64,000 nucleotides of DNA. Origin: an uncultured Chloroflexia bacterium. GTDB lineage: Bacteria; Chloroflexota; Limnocylindria; Limnocylindrales; CSP1-4. The stretch is taken from the NCBI GenBank assembly GCA_963722105.1, contig CAVRKQ010000010.1:12291-76290 (forward strand). Reading direction: 5' to 3'. Both the position numbers and the translations under genes were made by a program. Shown here piece by piece: positions 29,108-38,204 of this stretch. The notes under the pieces were generated by a model that was not told the DNA's origin, ran no database searches, and saw only the letters and a program-made list of their open reading frames with translations. Each line of letters begins with the position of its first letter. Position 1 is the stretch's first letter.

Positions 29108-30079
29108 CTAGAGCGCGCCGCTTCGGCGCCGCTCCGCCTCCCGGGCCTGGGCCTGTGGGTCAGCTGCCTCCAGGCCGGTGAGGTGATCGGTCGCGTTATG
29201 GAGCCGGAGGCGCGGCCGTCCGCCGCGGATCTCGACCACGGTGATCCCGCAGAGCGCGAACGGCAGCGTCCAGAACCGTCCCAGCGGGTAGTCGAGGAGC
29301 GCCAAGAGCGCGACCTTGAACACCCCGTCGTGGGCCACGACGATCGACCAGGGCTCGTCCGCCGGGACATCGCCGTAGCCGAGGACCTGCGATCGGCCGG
29401 TCACCGGCGCCGGCGCGTCCGTCGCGAGGTCGCCGAGGAGCCGCCGCAGCGCGACCCGGACTCGCACGTCGACCTCGGCGATCGACTCGCCGCCCGGCGC
29501 CCAGGCCGTCAGGGGGTCGCGCCGCCAGGCCTCGAGGAGCTCGCCCCAGCGCTCCACGACCTCCGTTCCGGGCAGGCCCTCCCACTCGCCCTGCCCGATC
29601 TCGAGCAGGCCGGGCTCGGCAAGCAGCGGGGCGGGTGCCTCCGGGGTGTCGTCGCCGCGGCCGCCGTTGACCGCGCGGCCGATCAGCGTCGCGGTCTCCG
29701 CGGCCCGCGCCAGCGGCGAGTGGACGATCGCCTGGGGCGGGCCGGCCGGGAGGGGGAGCGGGGGGCGGCGGGCACGGCGCGCGATCCGGCGCGCGGTGAG
29801 CAGGGCCTGGCGGCGTCCGAGCTCGGACAGCGGCGGGTCGCCCTGTCCCTGGAACCGGCCCTCCGCGACCCACTCGGACTCGCCGTGCCGCACGAAGGCG
29901 ATGACGGCGTCGAGACCGGTCGGAATGATCGCCGGGGTCGGCTCGCCCGGCGCCGGTTCGATCGAGCCCGGCTCCCCGGGCGCTCGCGGCTCCAGCGGCG
30001 TGGCAGGCAGGTCGGGCGGCGTGGCCGGTAGCTCCGCCGTCGCCGGTGGCTCCGGCGGCGTTGCCGCCGCGTCACTCAC
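29108..30079 (-). CDS. Histidine phosphatase (phosphoglycerate-mutase-like) family protein with Pro-rich N-terminal extension; candidate phosphoserine phosphatase
   Basis: Catalytic RHGESEW motif plus a downstream HDGV histidine. The GTG start overlaps the serA stop (GTGA at 30076-30079). Confidence 0.8.
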   Translation of the reverse strand: MSDAAATPPEPPATAELPATPPDLPATPLEPRAPGEPGSIEPAPGEPTPAIIPTGLDAVIAFVRHGESEWVAEGRFQGQGDPPLSELGRRQALLTARRIARRARRPPLPLPAGPPQAIVHSPLARAAETATLIGRAVNGGRGDDTPEAPAPLLAEPGLLEIGQGEWEGLPGTEVVERWGELLEAWRRDPLTAWAPGGESIAEVDVRVRVALRRLLGDLATDAPAPVTGRSQVLGYGDVPADEPWSIVVAHDGVFKVALLALLDYPLGRFWTLPFALCGITVVEIRGGRPRLRLHNATDHLTGLEAADPQAQAREAERRRSGAL

Positions 30080-31667
30080 CGGAGTCGCCCGAGGCGGATC
30101 ACCCAGAGGTCCATGACGCCCTCGTCGGCCCGGATCGCAGCCTCGAGCGCCGGGCTCACCTCGTCATCGACCGTCAGGACCATGAGCGCGTCGGCCCGCG
30201 GCGAGGTCCGCGCGACGTGCATGGCGTTGATGTTCACGTCGGCCGTCCCGAGGAGCTGCCCGAGCCGCCCGATCGTGCCCGGCCGGTCGCGATGGCGGGT
30301 GATCAGGATCATCTCCGACGGAGCCATGTCCAGCCGGTAGTCGTTCAGCCGGACGAGCCGCTCCTCGCCGCCGGCGATCGTGCCGCCGACCGCCACGTGC
30401 TCGCCGCCGCTCCGGGTCGACACCGTGATGGCGGCGCTGAAGCCGCCCGCCTCTGCCGTCTTGCGCTCCGTGACCGCGATGCCGCGGGCCTTGGCGAGCA
30501 TCCCGGCGTTGACGAGGTTGACCCGCTCCGTCGTCGCGGTCTCGAGGATGCCGCGGAGCACGGCCGCCGTGAGCGGGCCCGAACTCGGCCCGCGCCAGGT
30601 CGCCCGCCAGCTCAACCGTGAGTCCGGCGAGCGCCGCCGCGCGCGAACTGGGCAAGGAAGCGCCCGAGCGTCTCGGCCAGGGGCAGGTACGGGCCGATGG
30701 TCTGCTCCGCCTCGGGGCTCAGCAGCGGCGCGTTGACCGCGTAGCTCGCCGGATCGACCGGCGAGGACGTCGAGGACCTGCTCGGCGATCTCCTCGGCGA
30801 CCGCGACCTGTGCCTCCGCGGTGGAGGCGCCGAGGTGGGGCGTCAGCACCGTGTTGGGCGCGTCGAGGAGCGGCGATGCCGGTGGGTGGCTCCTGCTCGA
30901 ACACGTCGATCCCGGCGCCGCCGAGGCGACCCTCGCGGAGCGCTGCCGCGACCGCGGCCTCGTCGACGACGCCGCCGCGCGCGACGTTCAGCACGAACGC
31001 CCCCGGCTTCATCCGCCGGATCGCCTTCTCGCCGATCAGCCCGGTCGTGCCACGGCCGAGGGGCACGTGGACCGTGACCGCGTCGGATCGCTCCAGCAGG
31101 GCATCGAGCGCCACGAGCTCCACGCCGCGCAGCGCCGCCTGCTCGGCGGTCACGAATGGGTCGCTCCCGAGGAGGGTCATCCCGAGGCCGCGCGCCCGCT
31201 CGGCGACCGCCATCCCGATCTTCCCGAGCCCGATGATCCCGAGCGTCCGGCCGCCGAGCTGGACGCCCTCGTGCTGCTTTCGGGCCCACTCGCCGCGGCG
31301 GACGGACGCGTCCGCGGAGGCGACGCGCCGAGCGAGCGCGAGCAGCAGCGCGAGCGTGTGCTCCGCGGCGGCGATCGTGTTCCCGGTCGGTGCGTTGACG
31401 ACGGTGATCCCGGCCCGCGTCGCCGCCTCGAGGTCGACGTTGTCGACGCCGACGCCGGCGCGCCCGATGACCTGGAGCCGCGTCCCCGCGGCGATCAGCG
31501 CCGCGTCGACCGCGACCTGGCTTCGGACGATCAGCGCGTCGACATCGCCGACGACCGCACGCAGCTCGTCCGGCGTGCAGGCCGGTCTGGACGACGACCT
31601 CGTGGCCGGCAGCCCGAAGCGCCTCGAGACCTTCCGGCGCGATCGCCTCGGCGACGAGGATCCGCAT
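30076..31667 (-). pseudogene. serA: D-3-phosphoglycerate dehydrogenase (long form with ASB and ACT domains), interrupted by five +1 shifts (about 31577, 30877, 30757, 30630, 30575)
   Basis: Pieces found by hand: MRILVAEAIAPEGLEALRAAGHEVVVQTGL | TPDELRAVVGDVDALIVRS...GLGKIGMAVAERA...DVFEQEPPTG | SPLLDAPNTVLTPHLGASTAEAQ...VLAG | DPASYAVNAPLLSPEAEQTIGPYLPLAETLGRFLAQFARGG | LAGLTVELAGDLARAEFGP | LTAAVLRGILE...ACT domain...VIRLGRLR. Confidence 0.85.
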
Positions 31668-31715
31668 CGGCGCGGTCCGCGCGCCGGACAGCTGGCGCGG
31701 GCGCCTGGTCGACCG

Positions 31716-32903
31716 TCAAGCCGGCTGGAGCGAGGTCTCGGCCGCCTGGCCGGCGGCGTCCGCCGCCGCACGCTGGGCCGCTGCGACCGCGGCGCCGCGC
31801 TCGACCTCGCGGCCCCACTCCATCGACACGGCCTCGATGGTCTCGATCGCCTCGACGATCTCCTCGACCGTCACCGACCCAAGGTGGCCGAGCCGGAAGA
31901 CCTTGCCGGTGAGCTTGCCCTGCCCGCCCGCGAGGACGAGCTGGCGGCGCTTGATCTCGGTGTTGAAGGCCTTCCAGTCGAGGCCCTCGGGCACCCAGGC
32001 GGCGCTGACCGTCTTGGAGCGGTGGGCCGGCTCGGCGAGCAGCTCGAACCCGAGGCCCTCGAGGCCCGCCTGTGCAGCAGCGGCGCACGCGACGTGGCGC
32101 GCGAACACGCCAGCCATGCCCTCGGCCTCCATCAGCTTGATGCCTTCGTCGACCTGGAACGCGACCGCGATCGCGGGCGTCCACGGCGTCTCGCCGGTGG
32201 CCATCGCATCGAAGTGCTTCCGCAGGTCGAGGTAGAAGCGCGGCATCTTCGCCGTCTCCATCGCGGCCCGCGCGCGCTCCGACGCCGCGACCATCGCCAG
32301 GCCCGGCGCCGCCATCCAGGCCTTCTGCGAGGCCGTCGCGACGACGTCGACGCCCCAGGCGTCCATCTTGAACGGGACCGCCCCGAGCGACGAGACGGTG
32401 TCGACCAGGATCAGGGCCTCCGGCGCCGCCTCGCGGATCGCAGCGGCGAGCTCCGGGATCGGGTTCATCACGCCCGTCGAGGTCTCGTTGTGGGTCAGCA
32501 GCACGGCCTTGTAGTCGCCGCCGGCGGCGACCCGCTCTCGAACCTCGTCCGGGGCGGCCGCCCAGCCCCACTCGGCCGCGACCTTGTCGACCGTGGCCCC
32601 GTAGGCCTCGGCGATCTTCGCGAACCGGTCGCCGAAGGCACCGATCGACACGCCGAGCACGCGGTCTCCAGGGGAGAGCGTGTTGACGACCGCGGCCTCG
32701 AGGCCGCCCGTGCCCGCGCAGGACAGGATCGCGATGTCGCCGGTCGTCCCGAAGTAGGGCTTCATGCCCGTCTGGACCCGGTCGAGCAGCTCCTTGAACT
32801 CGGGACCGCGGTGATTGATCATCTGGCGGGCGCCGGCCTCGCGGACGCTCGGTGGGAGCGACGTCGGGCCGGGGATGCGCAGGTTCGGCTCGGAGCGGGT
32901 CAA
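31716..32903 (-). CDS. Class V PLP aminotransferase (AGXT/serine-pyruvate family); likely phosphoserine aminotransferase by context
   Basis: TTG start at 32903, 8 nt after GGAGG. PLP-lysine region ATASQKAW. 395 aa, uninterrupted. Lies 48 nt upstream of serA on the same strand. Confidence 0.8.
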   Translation of the reverse strand: MTRSEPNLRIPGPTSLPPSVREAGARQMINHRGPEFKELLDRVQTGMKPYFGTTGDIAILSCAGTGGLEAAVVNTLSPGDRVLGVSIGAFGDRFAKIAEAYGATVDKVAAEWGWAAAPDEVRERVAAGGDYKAVLLTHNETSTGVMNPIPELAAAIREAAPEALILVDTVSSLGAVPFKMDAWGVDVVATASQKAWMAAPGLAMVAASERARAAMETAKMPRFYLDLRKHFDAMATGETPWTPAIAVAFQVDEGIKLMEAEGMAGVFARHVACAAAAQAGLEGLGFELLAEPAHRSKTVSAAWVPEGLDWKAFNTEIKRRQLVLAGGQGKLTGKVFRLGHLGSVTVEEIVEAIETIEAVSMEWGREVERGAAVAAAQRAAADAAGQAAETSLQPA

Positions 32904-33087
32904 GACTGGGCCTCCGGAAAGCGTTGGACGGGCGACCCGCGGATGGTCGCACGCCCGCCGCGGGTTCGCTGTCGGTTACACGCTTGTTGCATTCGCGACA
33001 CCGGCACGGCGCGCATCGACGGCCATCCTGCCGGTCGCTACCCTGCCGGCCCGGACACCCGGGCGAATCGATCGAGGAGACCAACGC

Positions 33088-34110
33088 GTGGAGCGATTCC
33101 TTCGGCGAGGCGCGGTCGTGGCGTTCCTCGCCGCGCTCGTCCTCGGCCCGACTGCCGGCATCGTCGTCGCGGCGACCGCCGCGAACCCCGACGCGTACAC
33201 GATGAACGAGAACGGCACGCTGACCGTGCCGGCACCGGGCGTGCTCGCCAACGACGAAGGCGACGCCGGCGCGGGGATCTGCGTCGCCGGCTACGACTAC
33301 GAGAACCTCGAGGGCACGGTCACCGACTGGCGAACCGACGGCTCCTTCACCTTCGAGCCGTGGTCCCACTGGACGGGCACCACCAAGTTCACCTACGGGA
33401 TGCGGGTCGGCGACGGGCAATGCATCGGCACGTCCGAGGCGTTCGCGATCGTCCAGGTGACCGTCCTCCCGGTGAACGAGCCGCCGACCGCGGTCATCCA
33501 GGGCGGCACCTGCGACGAGGGCGTGCGGGTCCGCGAGGACTCCGGCCGCTTCGAGGATCCGGCCCACTGCGTGGAGAACCACAACTGGGGCCAGTCGCTC
33601 GACGAGATCACCCAGCTCGTCGACGAGTGGGTCGTCACCAACGACAACCCGGACCTCTTCTCCGAGCAGCCCCACGTCGAGATCTTCGACACGACGTTCG
33701 GGCGGCTGTACTTCAGGCCGGCGCCGGGCGCCCACGGGCAGGCCAAGGTCTCCGTCCGCTCGCGCGACAACGGCGGGACCGAGCGTGGCGGCGACGACCT
33801 GAGCCCGCCGGTCCAATTCACGATCACGATCACCGCGACCCCGGACCCGACGGCCGAGCCGACCCCGGAGCCCGTCGGGTCGGGCGAGCCATCCGCGCCA
33901 CCAACCGCTGCGACGTCCCTCGCGCCGAGCGTCGCAGCGAGCGACCTGCCGTCCGCAGAACCGACGTTGCCGCCAGTCGACGGCGCGCCCACAGGCGAGA
34001 CGAGCGGTGCGCCGATGCTGGTTGCATTGGCGATCGTGATCGGCATCATTGCGGTCGGCGCCGGGCTGCTGGCGCCGCGCCTCATCCGCCGGTCGCGCGG
34101 AGGGCCGTAG
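33088..34110 (+). CDS. Cell-surface protein with Ig/cadherin-like domains, Pro/Thr/Ala/Glu linker and C-terminal TM anchor (paralog 1)
   Basis: GTG 33088 lies 7 nt after GAGGAG. Signal peptide VERFLRRGAVVAFLAALVLGPTAG. Domain motif APGVLANDEGD...DGSFTFEP...TTKFTYG. C-terminal anchor MLVALAIVIGIIAVGAGLL + RRSRGG. Confidence 0.7.
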   Translation: MERFLRRGAVVAFLAALVLGPTAGIVVAATAANPDAYTMNENGTLTVPAPGVLANDEGDAGAGICVAGYDYENLEGTVTDWRTDGSFTFEPWSHWTGTTKFTYGMRVGDGQCIGTSEAFAIVQVTVLPVNEPPTAVIQGGTCDEGVRVREDSGRFEDPAHCVENHNWGQSLDEITQLVDEWVVTNDNPDLFSEQPHVEIFDTTFGRLYFRPAPGAHGQAKVSVRSRDNGGTERGGDDLSPPVQFTITITATPDPTAEPTPEPVGSGEPSAPPTAATSLAPSVAASDLPSAEPTLPPVDGAPTGETSGAPMLVALAIVIGIIAVGAGLLAPRLIRRSRGGP

Positions 34111-34128
34111 CGCGATCACGGGAGCCGC

Positions 34129-35490
34129 CTGATCCGACGTCTCGCCGCCGCCCTCATCGTCGCCGCCGTCTCGCTCTCCTCGATCGGGGTCGGCCTCGCG
34201 CTGGGCGCGGGAAACGCCAATGACGACTTCTACGGCATCACGTTCCCGTTCGTGCTCGAGGACCAGGCGTTCAGCGTCGCTGCGCCGGGTGTGCTCGCCA
34301 ACGACGCTGCCGGGGCGGGGGAGTCGCCATGCATCGTGGGCCCGCCCACGACGTCGAGCCAGGGGGGCACCGTCAGCCTGGCCGCCGACGGCTCGTTCAG
34401 CTACACGACGCCCGCGAACTACGCGGGGTCCGACACGTTCACCTACGGCGTGGCCGGTAGCGTTGGCGGCGTCTGCCCGGCGACGGCCGACGACACGGCC
34501 GTCGTGACCCTCACCGTGACCCAGGTCAACGACAAGCCGTCTGTCGATGTCGTCGGGGACTGCGACGGGGGCATCACCGTCGATGAGGACGCTGGGACCT
34601 ACCTCGGCGCGGGCGTGTGCGTCGCGATGGACCCGGGCCCGGCGAACGAAGCCTCACAGCAGGCCGCCGCATGGCAGCTGGAGGTGAGCGGCGACGTCGC
34701 CTTCACCACCGGTCCGACGATCAGCACCGAGGGCGTCCTCCAGTTTCGCCCTGCGCCCAACGACTTCGGGACGGCGACGCTCACGATCCGCGGCCGCGAC
34801 GACGGCGGGACGGCGAACGGGGGCCAGGACACGAGCGACGCCGTGGTGCTGACGATCACGGTCACCTCCGTGCCCGACGCGCCGGTGGCGGTCGCCGATG
34901 CGTTCGTGGCGCTCCGGGACCGGACGCTCAACATCGGGGCGCCCGGCGTGCTCGTGAACGACTCCGACGCAGACGGCAATCCGCTGAATGCCATTCTCGT
35001 CTCGTCGCCCGTTCATGGGGTCCTGACCCTCGCCGCCAACGGCTCGTTCAGCTACACACCGACGCTGGGCTACGTCGGGCCGGACGCGTTCTCCTACCGG
35101 GCGACCGATGGCGGGCTGTCCAGCACGGCCCGGGTCGTGAACCTGACGGTCAGCGCGGTCCCGCTGCCGACCTCGACGCCGTTCGTCTCGACGCCGCCGT
35201 CCGCCGCGCCCACCCTGGAGCCATCGCTCGAGGCGAGCGCGGAACCGTCGCTCGAGGCCCCACCGTCGCTCGAGCCGGGCGAGTCGCCTGGCCCCTCGCC
35301 ATCCGCTGCGTCTGTGTCCGCCGCGCCGGGCGCGACACCCGAGCCCGAGCCCACGTCGGGGTCGCGTGGCCCGTCACTGCCGCTGCTGCTCGTCGCCGTG
35401 CTGCTCGGCGTGCTCCTGGTCTTCGGGGGCGTCTACTACGTCCCGCGCTGGATCAACGCCCGGCGAGGCGACCCGCCGTATCCCGAGTAA
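34129..35490 (+). CDS. Cell-surface protein with three Ig/cadherin-like domains, PSLEA-repeat linker and C-terminal TM anchor (paralog 2); start codon unresolved
   Basis: ORF-track start GTG 34252 would delete the in-frame signal peptide (LIRRLAAALIVAAVSLSSIGVGLALGAGNA, 34129-34218). No ATG/GTG/TTG exists there; only CTG 34129 or ATC 34132 follow GGGAG (34120-34124). Motifs APGVLANDAAG...DGSFSYTTP...DTFTY occur twice or more. Confidence 0.6.
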   Translation: MIRRLAAALIVAAVSLSSIGVGLALGAGNANDDFYGITFPFVLEDQAFSVAAPGVLANDAAGAGESPCIVGPPTTSSQGGTVSLAADGSFSYTTPANYAGSDTFTYGVAGSVGGVCPATADDTAVVTLTVTQVNDKPSVDVVGDCDGGITVDEDAGTYLGAGVCVAMDPGPANEASQQAAAWQLEVSGDVAFTTGPTISTEGVLQFRPAPNDFGTATLTIRGRDDGGTANGGQDTSDAVVLTITVTSVPDAPVAVADAFVALRDRTLNIGAPGVLVNDSDADGNPLNAILVSSPVHGVLTLAANGSFSYTPTLGYVGPDAFSYRATDGGLSSTARVVNLTVSAVPLPTSTPFVSTPPSAAPTLEPSLEASAEPSLEAPPSLEPGESPGPSPSAASVSAAPGATPEPEPTSGSRGPSLPLLLVAVLLGVLLVFGGVYYVPRWINARRGDPPYPE

Positions 35491-35529
35491 GCAGGCGCCG
35501 CGCGATCGGGGCAGCTCGGCCCTCCCTTG

Positions 35530-36444
35530 TCAATGGCAGAGGGGTCGGAGGACGTCGCGGGCGATGAGGAAGCCTTGCTTGATCTTGGCATCCGATCCCT
35601 CGAAACGCCGGTCCTCGTGCTCGATGATGCAGTCGCCCTCGTAGCCCGCCAGGTAGAGCTCGCCGTGGACGAGCCCCCAGTCCACGTCACCAAGGCCGGG
35701 GATCCGAGGCACCTGCCAACCCATGCCCATGCTCAACACGCCACGCTCGTAGAGGCCGTCGCGGTCGATCAACAGGTCTTTTGCCTGGTAGTGGAGGACG
35801 TGCTTCCCGAACTCGCGCAGGAAGCGCTGCGTGTCGATCATCTGGAGGATCAGGTGGCTCGGGTCGAAGTTCAACCCGATGATCCCTTCCCACTGCTCGA
35901 GGATCCGCCGCCACATCCGCGGCGTGGTGGCGATGTTGAGCCCGCTCGGCCACTCGTCGTAGCTGAACAGCATCGGGCAGTTCTCGAGGGTGATCCTCCG
36001 GCCATGGTCCTGTGCGTAGCGAACGATGTCAGGCCAGACGCGGAGGGCCTCCTCCCAGTTCTCGTCCTGGGTCTGGGCGCGGTCGCCGCCCATGAACGTG
36101 TTCACGAGCGGGATCTCCATGTTCTCGGCGGCGTCGATCACTTGCTTGAGGTGGGCGATCACGGCCGCGCGATGCGCGGGGTCGGGATGGAGCGGGTTCG
36201 GGTAGAAGCCGAGGCCGGAGATCGAGAGGCCCTTGGCCTCCACCTCCGCGCGGATGTCGCGGGCCTGCGATGCCGACAGGTTCGCCACGTCGATGTGGCT
36301 GGTGCCCGCATACCGGCGCGCCGCCCCGTCGTTCCGGGGCCAGCAGGCGATCTCGAGGACCTCGAAGCCCTCGGATCCGGCCCAGTCCGCCACCTCCATG
36401 AGCGGGGTCTCCGGGAACGGCGCCGTCAGGAAGCCGAGTTTCAT
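35530..36444 (-). CDS. Sugar phosphate isomerase/epimerase (xylose-isomerase-like TIM barrel)
   Basis: 304 aa, MKLGFLTAPF...ITLENCP...NFDPSHL...IEHED, typical AP-endonuclease-2/XI-like barrel metal ligands. Confidence 0.8.
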   Translation of the reverse strand: MKLGFLTAPFPETPLMEVADWAGSEGFEVLEIACWPRNDGAARRYAGTSHIDVANLSASQARDIRAEVEAKGLSISGLGFYPNPLHPDPAHRAAVIAHLKQVIDAAENMEIPLVNTFMGGDRAQTQDENWEEALRVWPDIVRYAQDHGRRITLENCPMLFSYDEWPSGLNIATTPRMWRRILEQWEGIIGLNFDPSHLILQMIDTQRFLREFGKHVLHYQAKDLLIDRDGLYERGVLSMGMGWQVPRIPGLGDVDWGLVHGELYLAGYEGDCIIEHEDRRFEGSDAKIKQGFLIARDVLRPLCH

Positions 36445-36475
36445 CGCTGCTGCTCCTTGCGCTGCGGTCGGGATG

Positions 36476-37630
36476 TCACCTGGCCACCTCCGCCCAGGTG
36501 TTCGAGCGCGCGCTCGCGACGATCGCGTCGTTGACGAGCATCTCGTCGTGGCCGTCGGCGAACGTGGCGTACGCGGGCGACGAGGAAGGGGCTCCTGCGG
36601 CGATGTCGGCGTAGATGGCCGAGAAGGCGGCCTTGAACGTGTCGGCGAAGCCTTCCGCGTGCCCGCCGGGGAGGAACGCGGCAGCAGCGCCGGCGCGATT
36701 CATCAGCGCCGGGTTCCTGAGCAGGAGCTCGTTCGGCTGATCGCGGTGCCCGACCCAGAGCTCGTCGGGCCGCTCGGAGTCCCATGCCACTGCTGCGAGG
36801 GATCCGTCGATCTCGTACCGCAGGCTGTTCTTGCGCCCGGGGCTCACCTGGCTGACGGTGACCGCGCCGCGGGCGCCGCTCGCGAACCGCAGGAGGATCG
36901 AGGCGGCGTCCTCCGACCGGACCTCGCGGTCCTCCGTGTCGCCGTCCCGTGCGCCGGTGAACGTCTGCGTGGGACCGGTCGGCCGTCGTCGGACTGGGAT
37001 GAAGGTCGCGAGGTCGGCCAGGACGTGACTGATCGGGTCGCCGCTCAGGAAGGCGACAAGGTCGAGCCAGTGACTGCCGATATCGGCGACTGCGCGGAGC
37101 GCTCCGCCCACCTCGGGCTCGAGGCGCCAGTTCCAGTCCGTCTCGAACAGCAGCCAGTCCTGCAGGTAGTGGCCCGAGAACAGGCGCGAAACGCCGATTC
37201 CTCCTTCCGCGACCAGCTGGCGCACGTGCTGGTTGAGCGGGTAGAAGCGGAGGTTGAAGTTGACGGCAGCGACGACGCCAGCCGCCCGGGCCTCGGCGGC
37301 GAGCACCGACGACTCTGCCGAGGTCGTCGCAAGTGGCTTCTCGCACACCACGTGTCGCCCCGCCTGGAGGATCTGGCGCACCTGCGGAAAGTGCAGGGCG
37401 TTCGGCGAGGCAACGTGCACGACGTCGACGGCTGGATCGGCGAGGAGCGCCTCGAGCGAGGCGTACGCGTGGGCGACGCCCAGCTCGGTGGCGCGTTGCG
37501 ACCCTCCGTCCTGCGTTCGCCCCAACAGGCCACGGATCGGGATGTTCAGGCGCCGCAGTGCCTCGACATGTGCGGATCCGATGAAGCCGCCGCCGATGAC
37601 CGCTGCCCCGATGTCCGTGGTTGCTCTCAT
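36476..37630 (-). CDS. Gfo/Idh/MocA-family NAD(P)-dependent oxidoreductase
   Basis: Start at MRATTDIGAAVIGGGFIGSAH (Rossmann GxGxxG), plus the EKP motif (VVCEKPLA). The longer 512-aa ORF has an Arg-rich false N-terminus. Confidence 0.85.
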   Translation of the reverse strand: MRATTDIGAAVIGGGFIGSAHVEALRRLNIPIRGLLGRTQDGGSQRATELGVAHAYASLEALLADPAVDVVHVASPNALHFPQVRQILQAGRHVVCEKPLATTSAESSVLAAEARAAGVVAAVNFNLRFYPLNQHVRQLVAEGGIGVSRLFSGHYLQDWLLFETDWNWRLEPEVGGALRAVADIGSHWLDLVAFLSGDPISHVLADLATFIPVRRRPTGPTQTFTGARDGDTEDREVRSEDAASILLRFASGARGAVTVSQVSPGRKNSLRYEIDGSLAAVAWDSERPDELWVGHRDQPNELLLRNPALMNRAGAAAAFLPGGHAEGFADTFKAAFSAIYADIAAGAPSSSPAYATFADGHDEMLVNDAIVASARSNTWAEVAR

Positions 37631-37665
37631 GGCCTCAACGATACGGCGTACCGGCAGCCGGTTGG

Positions 37666-38184
37666 CTATCGAAGCCGCCCGCTGCTCCGCAGGAGGATCT
37701 CGATCGCCGCGGCGGTCGCATCGGCCGAGTCCGTCGATGGCACGTTCACGCCCGGCTCGTCGGCGCGCAAGGGCTCGAGCTGGTCGAACTGGCTCGCGAG
37801 CAGGGAGGGTGGCATGAAGTGGCCGACCCGCTGCTCCAGTCTCGATGCGACGGCGCCTCGTGGCACGGTGAGATGGACGAACCAGACCGACGGATGCCCT
37901 TGCCGCAGCGCTGCCCGATAGGCCGCCTTGAGGGCGGAGCAGGTGACGATGCAGCTGCGTTCCACCGACTCCTGGGCGCCGATCCAGGCCGCGATCGCGG
38001 CAAGCCAGGGCCACCGATCGGCGTCATCGAGCGCGATGCCCGCTCGCATCTTCGCCACGCTCGCCTCGGAATGGAAGTCGTCGCCTTCAGCGAACGCCCA
38101 TCCGATCGATCGATGGAGCTCGGCCGCGACGCTTGACTTCCCAGCGCCCGAAACGCCCATCAGGATGACCGTCGTCGACGACAA
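37666..38184 (-). CDS. gntK: Gluconokinase (GntK/IdnK family)
   Basis: TTG start at 38184, 6 nt after AGGAGG. P-loop MGVSGAGKSS, followed by FAEGDDFH and the CSALK motif. Confidence 0.8.
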   Translation of the reverse strand: MSSTTVILMGVSGAGKSSVAAELHRSIGWAFAEGDDFHSEASVAKMRAGIALDDADRWPWLAAIAAWIGAQESVERSCIVTCSALKAAYRAALRQGHPSVWFVHLTVPRGAVASRLEQRVGHFMPPSLLASQFDQLEPLRADEPGVNVPSTDSADATAAAIEILLRSSGRLR

Positions 38185-38204
38185 GCGGGACCTCCTGATC
38201 GGGC

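Noticed and set aside
30618-34223. 1201-aa ORF on the plus strand, the longest in the track
   Set aside because: The translation is Arg/Pro/Ala/Gly-rich noise with no motifs. It runs antisense through serA and the aminotransferase gene and then out of frame through the surface-protein gene. It stays open only because stop codons are rare at this GC content.
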